64,000 bases of DNA, taken from Haliotis cracherodii. Taxonomy: Eukaryota. A model generated the notes under the pieces. It saw only the letters and a list, made by a program, of their open reading frames with translations. It did no database searches and had not been told where the DNA came from. The DNA is taken from assembly GCF_022045235.1 (NCBI RefSeq), contig NW_027266297.1, positions 682,001-746,000 of the forward strand, given 5' to 3'. The translations under genes and the position numbers were made by a program. Position 1 is the stretch's first letter; each line of letters starts with the position of its first letter. Shown piece after piece: positions 46,994 to 60,700 of the stretch.

Positions 46994-48304
46994 TATATTT
47001 GGCTGAAACAATGCAGTCGAACATTAGATTTTAGCTCTCTTATGTCCAGAAATTCCATGTTTCAAAAACTATTGATGAACACTGACTGCATGAACACTGT
47101 TAGTCTGAGACCCCTGCTCACTGCCAACTGTCCTCTGTGAGTAGACACCAGGCTACAGGTGCCAGGTTACGTTCCTCGGGACAGTTGTCAGTCTAGCCGA
47201 GTTCATGACACACTCTAGTGTGGTGGGCTTCCACTGTTACTTCTCTTAAACATCGACATTGATACATATGTATATAACCACCAGCCAACTCTCCCCCACA
47301 CCCACCCACAGAGCGCACAAGTTGCATGAAGTGTGTTGCTCAAGCCCCCACCCTGAACACACAATGTCTACCAAACTGTTTCATGTTGATATACCAAGAA
47401 TCTCACATTCACTTCCACATCTCCACAGAGGTTGTGACTCTCAGTCAGCATTACGGCAGGGGTGCCAACGCGCCAATGTCACAGTTCTCAAAACTCAAGA
47501 TCTGATCTGAAGTTGAATTTTGCGAAAAGATAAAAGTCCAGTCATTTGTGACTGTTGTTGTGGTCTCTGTACACTGGGATATGGTAAAATAGAGCCATAT
47601 TTTGATTAAGATGGCAGCTATGTTTTCCACGCTAACATGCTACTGAGTGCATCGTGGGCTTGGCACCTCTGATTTCAGAGCGAACAAATCTGTCACCTTT
47701 GTAGGATGGATCTGAGTTATATTTTAAAATGTTTACGGTCTAGCATTTGCTACGCTTAGAAGAATTTCCGTCCAGCCTGGCTCTTGCGTCAACTTTTGCT
47801 TATGTTTACATTGTGTATATATAACATACCAACTGTACATACCAATCTTGCAATGATATGTAATTATTCTTCTAATTTATTACTGTTGATCAGTATTTTA
47901 TCTATTTATTTCAAGTTTTAAATCAATGCTCTGAGGACATTTTTTTATGATGATTTATGCTCATTTTACCTGAAACTGACGAAGCAGATCACTTCCATAT
48001 ATAAGCCAAAGACCATGTGATCAGTATTGATGGCTGTTCGGCTGCTCATGGAATGTAAAAAAGAAGTTTCTATTTCACTGGAATGTGTCAACTCTGTACA
48101 ACAGCCGTTTTATGTTCTTCACATGTAACTTGATGTAAGTCATCTTCAAAGTTAATGTTACAACAACATGGGAGTCCTGTCTCAACTTATCGGACCGCTG
48201 GTTTACAATCGATTTACGGCCTTAAAGCAGATAAATCAACAAGCTGTTTTTACCAAAAATTGTACATATATATGTGGATCGATTTGGTCCACAGCTTCTA
48301 CCTA

Positions 48305-49885
48305 CTGGGGTACAATGTATTGCCCATGTCTCGTGTCCTGGGAACAGGGGTACAATGTATTGCCCATGTCTCGTGTCCCGGGAACAGGGGTACAATGTAT
48401 TGCCCATGTCTAGTGTCCCGGGAACTGGGGTACAATGTATTGCCCATGTCTCGTGTCCCGGGAACTGGGGTACAATGTATTGCCCATGTCTCGTGTCCCG
48501 GGAACAGGGGTACAATGTATTGCCCATGTCTCGTGTCCATGAACTGGGGTACAATGTATTGCCCATGTCTCGTGTCCCGGGAACTGGGGTACAATGTATT
48601 GCCCGTGTCTCGTGTCCCGGGAACTGGGGTACAATGTATTGCCCGTGTCTCGTGTCCCGGGAACTGGGGTACAATGTATTGCCCATGTCTCGTGTCCATG
48701 AACTGGGGTACAATGTATTGCCCGTGTCTAGTGTCCCGGGAACTGGGGTACAATGTATTGCCCGTGTCTAGTGTCCCGGGAACTGGGGTACAATGTATTG
48801 CCCGTGTCTAGTGTCCCGGGAACTGGGGTACAATGTATTGCCCATGTCTCGTGTCCCGGGAACTGGGGTACAATGTATTGCCCATGTCTAGTGTCCCGGG
48901 AACTGGGGTACAATGTATTGCCCATGTCTAGTGTCCCGGGAACTGGGGTACAATGTATTGCCCGTGTCTAGTGTCCCGGGAACTGGGGTACAATGTATTG
49001 CCCGTGTCTAGTGTCCCGGGAACTGGGGTACAATGTATTGCCCATGTCTCGTGTCCCGGGAACTGGGGTACAATGTATTGCCCGTGTCTAGTGTCCCGGG
49101 AACTGGGGTACAATGTATTGCCCATGTCTAGTGTCCCGGGAACTGGGGTACAATGTATTGCCCATGTCTAGTGTCCCGAGAACTGGGGTACAATGTATTG
49201 CCCATGTCTAGTGTCCCGGGAACTGGGGTACAATGTATTGCCCGTGTCTCGTGTCCATGAACTGGGGTACAATGTATTGCCCATGTCTAGTGTCCATGAA
49301 CTGGGGTACAATGTATTGCCCATGTCTAGTGTCCCGGGAACTGGGGTACAATGTATTGCCCATGTCTAGTGTCCATGAACTGGGGTACAATGTATTGCCC
49401 ATGTCTAGTGTCCATGAACTGAGGTACAATGTATGGCCCGTGTCTAGTGTCTCGGGAACAGGGGTACAATGTATTGCCCGTGTCTCGGGAACAGGGGTAC
49501 AATGTATTGCCCGTGTCTCGTGTCCATGAACTGGGGTACAATGTATTGCCCGTGTCTCGTGTCCCGGGAACTGGGGTACAATGTATTGCCCGTGTCTCGT
49601 GAACTGGGGTACAATGTATTGCCCGTGTCTAGTGTCCCGGGAACTGGGGTACAATGTATTGCCCGTGTCTCGTGTCCCGGGAACTGGGGTACAATGTATT
49701 GCCCATGTCTAGTGTCCCGGGAACTGGGGTACAATGTATTGCCCGTGTCTCGTGTCCCGGGAACTGGGGTACAATGTATTGCCCGTGTCTAGTGTCCCGG
49801 GAACTGGGGTACAATGTATTGCCCGTGTCTAGTGTCCCGGGAACTGGGGTACAATGTATTGCCCGTGTCTCGTGTCTCGTGAACA
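48305..49885. repeat. 40-bp minisatellite, ~39 copies
   Basis: Unit GGAACTGGGGTACAATGTATTGCCCGTGTCTAGTGTCCCG. Confidence 0.97.
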
Positions 49886-50026
49886 GGGACATTGCATGGT
49901 AGAAGAGCAAACTCAAAATACAGCCACAGTTGAGAACCAAGGGACATAACTCTGTTGAATCTGCAGAGCATAGCCAACAAACCTAAAATTTCACTAATGA
50001 ATGTGCAAACCACACGCAAGGATATG

Positions 50027-50264
50027 TTGGTTTGTTGTTTAAAGCTGCACTAAACAATATTCCAGCTATATGACGGCTGACTGTAAATACTGAAGTCTGG
50101 ACCAGACAATCCAGTGATTAATATCATGAGCATCGATCCATGCAATTGGGATACAATGACATGTATCAACCAAGTCAGGGAGCCTGACCACTCGATCCCG
50201 TTAGTCACCTTTTACGGTAAGCATGGGTTGCTGAAGACCTATTTTACCCTGGATCTTCATGGGA
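50027..50264 (-). mobile_element. Repeat family A, full-length copy
   Basis: Matches the 2190 and 55356 copies end to end. Confidence 0.8.
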
Positions 50265-51107
50265 CCAAGGAAATGTAGTCACATTTACAGGTCAATGTCA
50301 TTTTTAAAACAGATCTTGTATATACCGATTATTTCTTATCCAGAATACTGTCAAATTGACATTTTTACTGCAGGGTTGAAGATGGAGTCCTTGTGCTAAT
50401 TTGTGTGAAGCTTTAATGGATTCATTTATTTTATGCAGTTGCTTTAATCATCTACATGTACGTATAAATAAATCCTTGCCTGTCATTTTAAGCCATATTG
50501 TACTTGCTCTCTGGTGTGATGTGTGTTGCAAGTGAACAAGATTACTAGACAATCTGTGATATGCAGTAAACAGTGAAATAAAATAACTTGTTTGTCATCA
50601 TTAGCTGCTTGGGAAGACAAATAAATACAGTTGGTTTGTTCCATGTGCGACATGTTTCCAGTGAACTTGCTGACAGAACCAGTTCCAAGGTTCAAATATC
50701 TGCATGGTTTGCATGGCAGAACATGGGAGCTGTGCCACAACACTTGTGAGAGGGGTACAGAAAGTACCTGATCTAGACTAAGAGTTGTCAGACTTTCACA
50801 AAATGTGAGCTTTGACCTCACTGAATGTGCCAAACTTAATCCAAGGTCCATTGCAGGAAATCCTGTTAAATCTTTATGCCATATTCAAAAGAAACAATTA
50901 CCTAAAATGTGTCCTTGACCTTTGACAAATGCAATTGACATAGGATTTAAGAAACATGTAAACAAAGATCCATGCCTCAAACTGATTGATATAAGCATGT
51001 TTTACATCAACCTTTAAGTGTCAAGCTGCAGAAACCATGATGACAGTTGACATGGATTTCAACTCTTAGTTTTTCATTGCAATGTTCCAGTACAGATGTT
51101 AGTATGT

Positions 51108-51258
51108 GGTGAGTGAGTTTGATTTTGCGCCACTTTTAGCAATATTCCAGCAATATCACGGAAGGGCACACCAGAAATGGGCTTCACATGTTGGGTCTCA
51201 AATACGGGTCTTTGGTGTGATGAGTGAACACTTTAACCACTAGGCTACCCGACTGCCC
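51108..51258 (-). mobile_element. SINE family B copy
   Basis: Reverse complement of 32907-33075 (TTTAACCACTAGGCTACCC). Confidence 0.8.
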
Positions 51259-51670
51259 CTTACTGTATGATGAAACCTTGAGCATTCGCCAAAGCCTTTC
51301 AAATCAAGGCCCCCATCCTAAAAGGACTCCGATCTGCCCCTGGCCACGTCTGTCTCTGTCTCTGTGTGCGCGCTCACCACGCACGCACGCACGCACGCAC
51401 GCACACATGCACGCACGCACGCACAGTCAAGAAGCTGATGTTCTCATTGCATCAATCCAAGTTTGACGTCTTTTATCTCAAACAAATCTTTCAAAATGAG
51501 AAAAAAATCAACATGACAAAAAATATGCAAACAATTTAATATTTGATTTTGTACAAATGGCAGATGAAATGGAAACAGTACAACTACGTATATACATGGA
51601 CAACTGTATGTACAACGTTCTTACACCGGAGACTAACATCATGAGTTCTGCACTGGAGACAAAGGCACAT

Positions 51671-51724
51671 TCATGTTGCCATGGGCTCCGCTTCTGTGGC
51701 GACAGCAGGGGTCTCCTCTTTCTT
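51671..51724 (-). CDS. NASP: NASP last coding exon (KKEETPAVATEAEPMAT*)
   Basis: Acceptor TTTGTTTGTTTCAG|, phase 0, stop at 51673-51671. Confidence 0.8.
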   Translation of the reverse strand, partial: KKEETPAVATEAEPMAT

Positions 51725-54700
51725 CTGAAACAAACAAAATTAAATATGTGACGGGTCCAACTTCAAAGTTAAGTAAAACTCCATTCACATGGATGCATCA
51801 TCAGACCCACCATGGTATTACAAGCATACGTTGCTGACTAGAAGCATACGTTGCTGACTACAAGCATACGTTGCTGACTACAAGCATACGTTGCTGACTA
51901 CAAGCATACGTTGCTGACTACAAGCATACGTTGCTGACTACAAGCATATGTTGCTGACAGTAACCTGCGTCCCAAGCTCAGTGATGTCTTACACAGAACA
52001 AGACTATAGTCACAACACATGCATGTCGGTCCCAAGGGTCAACCTCCAGGGAACGTGTTCTCACTGTGGTCCCTCATGACCAACCGCCCCACACCCCTCT
52101 ACAATCAGCGTACCTCTGTACTGTTGGCATCAACAACCACCCCACACACCCCTACAATCAGCGTACCTCCATACTGTTGGCATCAACAACCACCCCACAC
52201 ACCCCTACAATCAGCGTACCTCCATACTGTTGGCATCAACAACCACCCCACACACCCCTACAATCAGCGTACCTCCATACTGTTGGCATCAACAACCACC
52301 CCACACACCCCTACAATCAGCGTACCTCCATACTGTTGGCATCAACAACCACCCCACACACCCCTACAATCAGCTTACCTCCATACTGTTGGCATCAACA
52401 ACCACCCCACACACCCCTACAATCAGTGTACCTCCATACTGTTGGCATCAACAACCACCCCACACACCCCTACAATCAGCGTACCTCCATACTGTTGGCA
52501 TCAACAACCACCCCACACACCCCTACAATCAGCGTACCTCCATACTGTTGGCATCAACAACCACCCCACACCCCTCTACAATCAGTGTACCTCCATACTG
52601 TTGGCATCAACAACCACCCCACACACCCCTACAATCAGCATACCTCTGTACTGTTGGCATCAGCAGCTGGTTTGTCATGGCCGTTCTGTTTGGGGGCATC
52701 TCCTGAGCCATCTTCCTGCCGAGATTTCTTCGATTCAGGGTCATCTGCATCCTCGTCAGGTTTACGCTTGAAATATACCAGACACCGTTTCATTTCTATC
52801 ACAATGTGGAGAGAACACCAACATGGCACAGGTCTACATTCTTAAAGACATACTGAGAATGATAATGGTGGCATATTAGGGAGATTCAAACATATAAGGT
52901 ATGGATCCTAACATGACAGGCACATAACTGACTAACAAAGTGCTGCCACCTGGTGTGTGTGGTCGTAAGTGAACAATGAGTTGTATCAGATAAGAACTGG
53001 CGAAGATTGCTGCCTGGAAGCCTGGGGTATTTTATTAGTGAAATCTAGATGCTTGTGAGAATCCCTACAAATGTGATCATGTCAACCTACCTTCCTCCTG
53101 ATGAGATGGCTGATGTCAGAGGCTTTCTTCACTTCAATCTGGAACACAACATGAGACATGGAACAACATGAGACGTGGAACAACATGAGACGTGGAACAA
53201 CATGAGACGTGGAACAACATGAGACGTGGAACAACATGAGACGTGGAACAAGATGAGACTCGGAACAACAAGAGACGTGGAACAACATGAGACTCGGAAC
53301 AACATGAGACGTGGAACAACATGAGACGTGGAACAACATGAGACTCGGAACAACATGAGATGTGGAACAACATGAGATGTGGAACAACATGAGACGTGGA
53401 ACAACATGAGACGTGGTACAACATGAGACGTGGAACAACATGAGACGTGGAACAAAACATGAGACGTGGAACAAAACATGAGACGTGGAACAAAACATGA
53501 GACGTGGAACAACACGAGATGTGGAACAACATGAGACGTGGAGCAAGCCATGAGGTGACAAACATCAACCCCAACTATCAGTGCAACGATGTCTGGAGAG
53601 TTAATGTTAACAGTGTTTAGTCAACTCACTGAGGTCAGTGATCCAAGCCCAAACTGGCCAGCTCCGTTCACCAGGTAAATAGCACTTACACCCATGTATG
53701 GAGTTGCCAGCTCCGTTCACCAGGTAAATAGCACTTACACCCATGTATGGAGTTGCCAGCGAGGTTAACCAGCACTCACACCCATGTGTGGAGTTGCCAG
53801 CGAGGTTAACCAGCACTCACACCGATGTGTGGAGTTGCCAGCGAGGTTCACCAGCACTCACACCCATGTGTGGAGTTGCCAGCTCCGTTCACCAGGTAAA
53901 TAGAACTCACACCCATGTGTGGAGTTGCCAGCTAGGTTCACCAGCACTCACACCCATGTGTGGAGTTGCCAGCTCCGTTCACCAGCAATCACACCCATGT
54001 GTGGAGTTTCCACCTAGAAACTAATCAAACTGGGATTCGAACCCACAATCATAGGTTTCTGGGGCATGCCCAAGGGACGTAACTCTGCACAGAGAATCAC
54101 AGCGCCTTACATGTTGATTTATTTGTCACATTAAGAAGCAGTTTTTTAAATGAGGCCGTAAGAGTTTAGTCCGGGCCTGAAGTTTGTTGTTTATTTCACA
54201 CTGCACTCAGCAATATTCCAGCTATATGATGGCAGTCTGTAAATAATCAAGTCTGGACCAGACAATCCAGTGATTGATACCATGAGCATCGATCCACATA
54301 TTTGGAGTACGATGACATGCATCAACCAACGGGTCCAGGGCCTGAACAGAACAGTGTGGGTCCTGATGGCAGCCAGGCAGTTTAATTTTATTTCAAACAC
54401 TGGTGCGCCGCTCAGAGACAGGACCGTCAGATTGGAGCTACAAGACATGCTCACTCCTCACACTCACCGGGGTTGCTGCTGTCGTCGTTTCACTGGTTGA
54501 CGTAAACTGAAGCAAGATTTGAAGACAAGATTTACAACATCCATTAGCAAACATCTCAACATTTGAACCAATTTCACAATATTTACGTTTCTTATTGAGC
54601 ATTGGCCGATCCTCAAAGTTCGACCATTGAAATCCCTACCTATATAAACCTAGAAGAAAAGCAGGTCCAACAACAGAAAGAAGAAAACAGCCTTATTACT

Positions 54701-57700
54701 CCCTGCCATGGGGCACATTAGAATTGTGTATGTTCATATGGTAGTGAATATACATGGAGAAAGTGAGGGAACTCCAGAACAAAAACATTACTGCATCAAC
54801 TTCAGAGAACGTTTAGTGAATGGCCAAATTGCAAGCACTATAGAGCCGATATGTCACATTTCCCGCTATTCATTTCACAGAAGCGAGCAGTCACATGACA
54901 AGCAGGAGAAATATGATTGCGATAAAAAGTAAAAACATTATTTCAAAACATCAAATGTAACTGTTTAAGTTGTTTGATAGTCTTGTAGACAGAATTTATA
55001 TTATAACTTTAATCTGATAATTCAGAATACATCATCAATGCACCCCATAAAGCATGGTTGAACACTGTCATATAAAACAGGGACCCTCTCCACTCACTGT
55101 GGTCAGTGTTCCTCCAACAATTTCTTTGGTCATCGTCTTCAGCTGTTCGAGATTCTTCTTCTCCTCCTCTGCGTCTTCAATCTGCAAATAAAAAACATCA
55201 GTAGAAACAAACTGATAAAAACCCTGGCCAACCCTTCCGTTAGCTACAGTAAGTGTAGGTTTGGCTGTAGGGAAGTCCCAATAACTAAAATAGCAGCAGA
55301 CATCACTGCAGGGTACTGTGCCTCAGGTCACTCAACCCTTCATTTCTTTTCCAATTTGTTTAACGCCGCACTCAGCAATATTCCAGCTATATGACAGCGG
55401 TCAGCAAATAATTGAGTCTGGACAAGACAATCCAGTGATTGACATCATGAGCATCGATCCACGCAATTGAGATACAATGACATGCATCAACCAAGTCAGC
55501 AAGCCTGACCACCCCATCCCGTAAGTCGCCTCTTATGACAAGCATGGTCGCTTTTTAAGGCAAGCATGGGTTGCTGAACTATTCTTCCCTGGATCTTCAC
55601 GGGTCTTAAAAAGATGAAATTGGCCGTCACCTGTACGTCATCACGTCCTGTGTGAAGAAGTTGAAATCTAACATTGCAATCACAAGGACCCCCTTGGTCA
55701 CAATCTAATCTAAAGGTCAGAAGGTCAGATCAAATGTTCTCATTTGGCCAAGGACATTCCCCTAACTGAAACTGACAAGTCTGTTTACCTTGGATGCAAT
55801 ATCGGGCAGGATTTCCTTTAACTCAGAGATTTCTTTTGTTGCCTGTGTAACTGGGTCATCGGAACTTGAGAGTTCTGAAAACACAAAGGAAAATCTCATT
55901 TAAAATATAGTGAAGTCAGTTTGGTTTTACGCCTCTTTTAGCGATATTCCAGCAATATCACGGCTGGGGGACACCAGAAATGGGCTTCAAACATTGTACC
56001 CATGTTTGGAATCTAACCCGGGTCTTCGGTGTGACGAGCAAACACTTTAACCACTAGGCTACCCCACCACCCCATTTCAAAAATAATTGTAACATTTCAC
56101 ATTAAACTGCCAGCAATTAGTGCAAACATTGTTTACTCCTTAGGGACCAGGAAAGTACACACTGAACACCCTTGACGATCCAGTGCATATCTCCAATATC
56201 TGCCATTACCACCTGCCCCAGGTCCCCACCATAGCTCCATCCATCCATCCATCCATCCATCTCTACAGCGCTAAAACTAAACGGCCAATCAAACTATGGT
56301 GTGAAGAGTGAAACACGACTTGTTTTGTACCGTCTCATACAACTGGGACTCTCAACACTCTGTAAATCGTTAGTGTGCCAGGTATTTGGCCATGCTGTAT
56401 GACAAAGATGGCTCATGCACCATATTGGATCGTGAGCGAGGTATTGTGGTATCTATCACATCGCACAGGTCGTGTATCGTCCAAGCCCTGGTAATTACAT
56501 GATTAATTGGTTGATGCATGTCATCGTATCACAATTGCTGGATCGATGCTCATAATGTCTATCACTGCTTGTCCAGACTTGATTATTTACAGACCACCGT
56601 CATATAGTATGGTATTTCCAGTGTTACATGCTTGCTGTATTAGAGGGTAAAATCATCAAAACTCTTCTACCCTGTGTATAGGGCGACCCCCTTTGAAAGC
56701 CTCCTAATTCTAGGAATGAATAACTCACCTTATTCATGGCCCTCAATGGCAAGTATTTCTTCTAAATCGGTGCTTACCTTTTCCCTTTCCCTTGGACTGC
56801 TCTTCTATGACCTTCTCAAGGTGACCTGGAAAAACAGGGAATGATTTATGCAAACATTTAATCTTTTATTTTCTAAAACAAATTCTCATCAATTTCTTAC
56901 AGGCAAGTAAGTCTTGATATCATTACTAAGTGGGTGACAAATTCACTTCCCACGTTGCAACCCCAGGCAACCATTGGAGCCACACACAGCAACCATCTGA
57001 GCCACACACGGCAACCATTGGAGCCACACATTGCAGCCATCGGAGCCCAGACAGGCAACCATCGGAGACATTCGAAATTTGGTCAAACAGGTCTTCTACG
57101 TCAAGCTATGATTCAAAGAAACTTATGGTAACAGATTCACGACTCACCAATTTTTTCTTCGATGACTTTTATTGCTGCCCTGTAGTGTTCGACCGACTCC
57201 TCATACTTCTTATCAAACCCGAACGCTAGTCCCAGCTGGTAATGTCTCACAACGTTAAGGCACAACAGCTCACCAGCACCAGGGACACTAAACAGCTCAC
57301 CAGCACCAGGGACACTAAACAGCTCACCAGCACCAGGGACACTAAACAGCTCACCAGCACCAGGGACACTAAACTACCTGCCCACACACTGCCACGAATA
57401 ATCTCAACATGGATGCCATTTGTTTGTTTCTTGTTTAATGCCCCACTCAGCAATATTCCAGCTATATGACGGTGGTCTGTAAATAATCAAGTCTGGGCCA
57501 GACAATCCAGTGACTGATATCATGAGCAATGATTCACACAATGGGGATAAGATGACATGCATCAACAAAGTCAGAGAGCCTGACTACTCGATCCCATTAG
57601 TCGCCTCTTATGACAAGCATAGTCGCCTTTTACAGCATGCATGGGTTGCTGAAGACCTATTCTACCCTGGCAAGCATGGGTTGCTGAAGACCTATTCTAC

Positions 57701-60700
57701 CCTGGCAAGCAGGGGTTGCTGAAGACCTATTCTACCCTGGCAAGCATGGGTTGCTGAAGACCTATTCTACCCTGGCAAGCATGGGTTGCTGAAGACCTAT
57801 TCTACCCTGGCAAACATGGGTTGCTGAAGACCTATTCTACCAGTGAATGAAGTATGACAGACACACATCTCCTGAGAAAAGCTGGTTTCCGGTGAGCTAA
57901 AAACAAGTGCTTACCGGGTGAGCTAAAAACAAGTGCTTACCGGGTGAGCTAAAATCAAGTGCTTCCCGGGTGAGCTATTAACATGTGCTTCACAGGCAGG
58001 AATATCTGCACAACGTAGACTTGCATATTTATTGCACTACACTTGAGGACAACAGATCATTCATAATCAAATCCTTAAGACATTGCACCCAACAACGTAA
58101 ATGATTCTTGTATTAGCGAGGCTTAACACCACTGAGTATTTCAGCAGTGTATAATCACAACTTCAGTGATATGACGGTGTGTCAGCTGAATGTTGGTGTA
58201 AAGTTTGAAGTGTTGCAGGTCCTGAATTCACCACGCTGGTGAAACCCAATAGGACAGGTATGACAAATTAGGAATGTCATGAGCATAGGGACCTGAACCC
58301 ATGGTCATAGGTTTCTGGTATGCTCAAGCGACGGCAGTCTGTACAGCGACCTGCTGTCCTCAGGTGACAGGGCCGCCTGTGCCTCGCACGATGACATCCA
58401 GGCATGATAGGAGCTATGGAACTGGTGCTGAAGCCTAACACTGAATGTGACAATGTTTCAGACAGTGATCATCCAAAGGATACGATTCAGCAAGCAATCT
58501 GTCAGTGGCTTCAAGGTGTTTCTTTTGGATTTCCAGACAAGCCTTGAAGTCCTCGGTAGCCTGCTCGTACTGCTCTGAAACACAATGTCAACAACCGTAT
58601 TGTTGTGTGCGGACTGTGCCAAAACCCAATCCCCACCATGTCTCTATTACATCAAGCATATCTGAGTCTTAGGACACGCATGAACATATGTTGTAAATAT
58701 TATATATATGATCGTAAATACTAATGGACTTGGGCTTGAGACTTGTGCCTAAAGGCGCAGACTGTCATGTTGAGGCCTTTCCGCTCTCTGGGCAGACAAT
58801 CTCCGACCAGACCACACAGGGAGTTGCTACCTAGCCAGGGATCAAACCCCAGGCCTTTCCGCTCTCTGGGCAGACAATCTCCGACTAGACCACACAGGGA
58901 GTTTCTACCTAGCCAGGGATCAAACCCCAGGCCTTTCCGCTCTCTGGGCAGACAATCTCCGACTAGACCACACAGGGAGTTGCAACCTAGCCGATTCTCA
59001 CCATGCACAAACTGGAATTCTGGAGACTTCTCTATTGTTTAATGATGTTTTGGGTGTTATTTATCATCAAACATGTGAGTATGGTATTATGCCGCTTTTA
59101 GCAATATTCCAGCAATACAATGGCGGGGGACACCAGAAATTGGTTTCATACATTGTACCCATTTGGGAATCGAACCCAGGTCTTTAGCATGATGAGCTAA
59201 CACTTTAACCACTAGGCTACCCAAACACACCTATCAAACATGAAGAGTGCTAACAATGCATGAAAGCTGAGAAATTGGATAACATTTATATGAAGTTATT
59301 TATGGTCTAGTCTCCCCAAACCAATGTTGTGACATCCCTGGTGTGTCTGTAGAACTAGGTACAATGTTGTGACATCCCTGGTGTGTCTGTAGAACTAGGT
59401 ACAATGTTGTGACATCCATGGTGTGTCTGTAGAACTAGGTACAATGGTGTGACATCCATGGTGTGTCTGTAGAACTAGGTACAATGGTGTGACATCCATG
59501 GCGTGTCTGTAGAACTAGGTACAATGGTGTGACATCCATGGCGTGTCTGTAGAACTAGGTACAATGGTGTGACATCCATGGCGTGTCTGTAGAACTAGGT
59601 ACAATGGTGTGACATCCATGGCGTGTCTGTAGAACTAGGTACAATGGTGTGACATCCATGGCGTGTCTGTAGAACTAGGTACAATGGTGTGACATCCATG
59701 GCGTGTCTGTAGAACTAGGTACAATGGTGTGACATCCATGGCGTGTCTGTAGAACTAGGTACAATGTTGTTACATCCATGGTGTGTCTGTAGAACTAGGT
59801 ACAATGTTGTGACATCCCTGGTGTGTCTGTAGAACTAGGTACAATGGTGTGACATCCATGGCGTGTCTGTAGAACTAGGTACAATGGTGTGACATCCATG
59901 GTGTGTCTGTAGAACTAGGTACCTGTTTCTAGGCTGACTTCCCCCAGCTTCAGGTACGCTTGTGCTGCCTTCAGTTGGGCTTCTTTTGTAGTTTCCCTGA
60001 AGAGAAAGTGGCATGTGTAGAATCTAGAGATGTTTCCGACTGACAAATCTATGGAATCCAGCATGAGCATCCGTGATAAAACATCTGACTGCCGAAACTT
60101 CATCAGCTCGCTCTTATGTGTGAGGACAACAAAAATAATGAAGTCAGCAAAAAAAGCAGCAATGTATTTCATATTGGTTGGCTGAAAACTTCTAAATGGC
60201 TTCGATTTAACAACAGAATGAATGCTTCTGTGCCGGAAATCCAGAAAATCTCTGCTTAATGCTTTTGACACTTGGATGAGAAATGGTAAAAAAAAATCTG
60301 ATCTTAAGGCTAAAAAAATATAATAGTCTTGGTTCTAAGGCACCGCCCGCAAGTTCGCCGCACGTTTCATTTTTATTTCCATTTTTAAAAACAAAACACA
60401 CCAAAAAACCCTTAAATATTCCAAGTCTAACAGTAGTCAAATACTGTATTCCAGTATTTTACTTACCAAGGAATACATTTATGTAGGGAGGTTGATTGTT
60501 GATTGTACACAATTGCTTATTGATTACACAACTGTTTTTTGATGACATACTAGTTTTAACAACAAAAAAAAGGACACCGCCCGCACGCACTATATTTTCA
60601 AAAACCATTGTCTGAGAACCATTTCTTTTATTTTTTTAAGCCTAATATACACTGCATACACAATTGCCAAAGATGAGTTGCCTTTCACAAAGTTCAAACT

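Larger units (their letters stand above)
57246..58483 (-). other. U12-type (minor spliceosome) GT-AG intron in NASP
   Basis: 5' splice site GTATCCTTTG; branch site TGCCTTAAC (57262-57254) followed only by GTTGTGAG|, with no polypyrimidine tract. Confidence 0.9.

Noticed and set aside
48155-50019. Cluster of overlapping ORFs; likewise 52019-52845, 53082-53574 and 62117-63251
   Set aside because: Tandem-repeat translations; only short unique parts coincide with real NASP exons.
50220-50264. Hammerhead ribozyme in family A (CTGAAGA resembles CUGANGA)
   Set aside because: No GAAA follows the stem, so the hammerhead core is incomplete on both strands.
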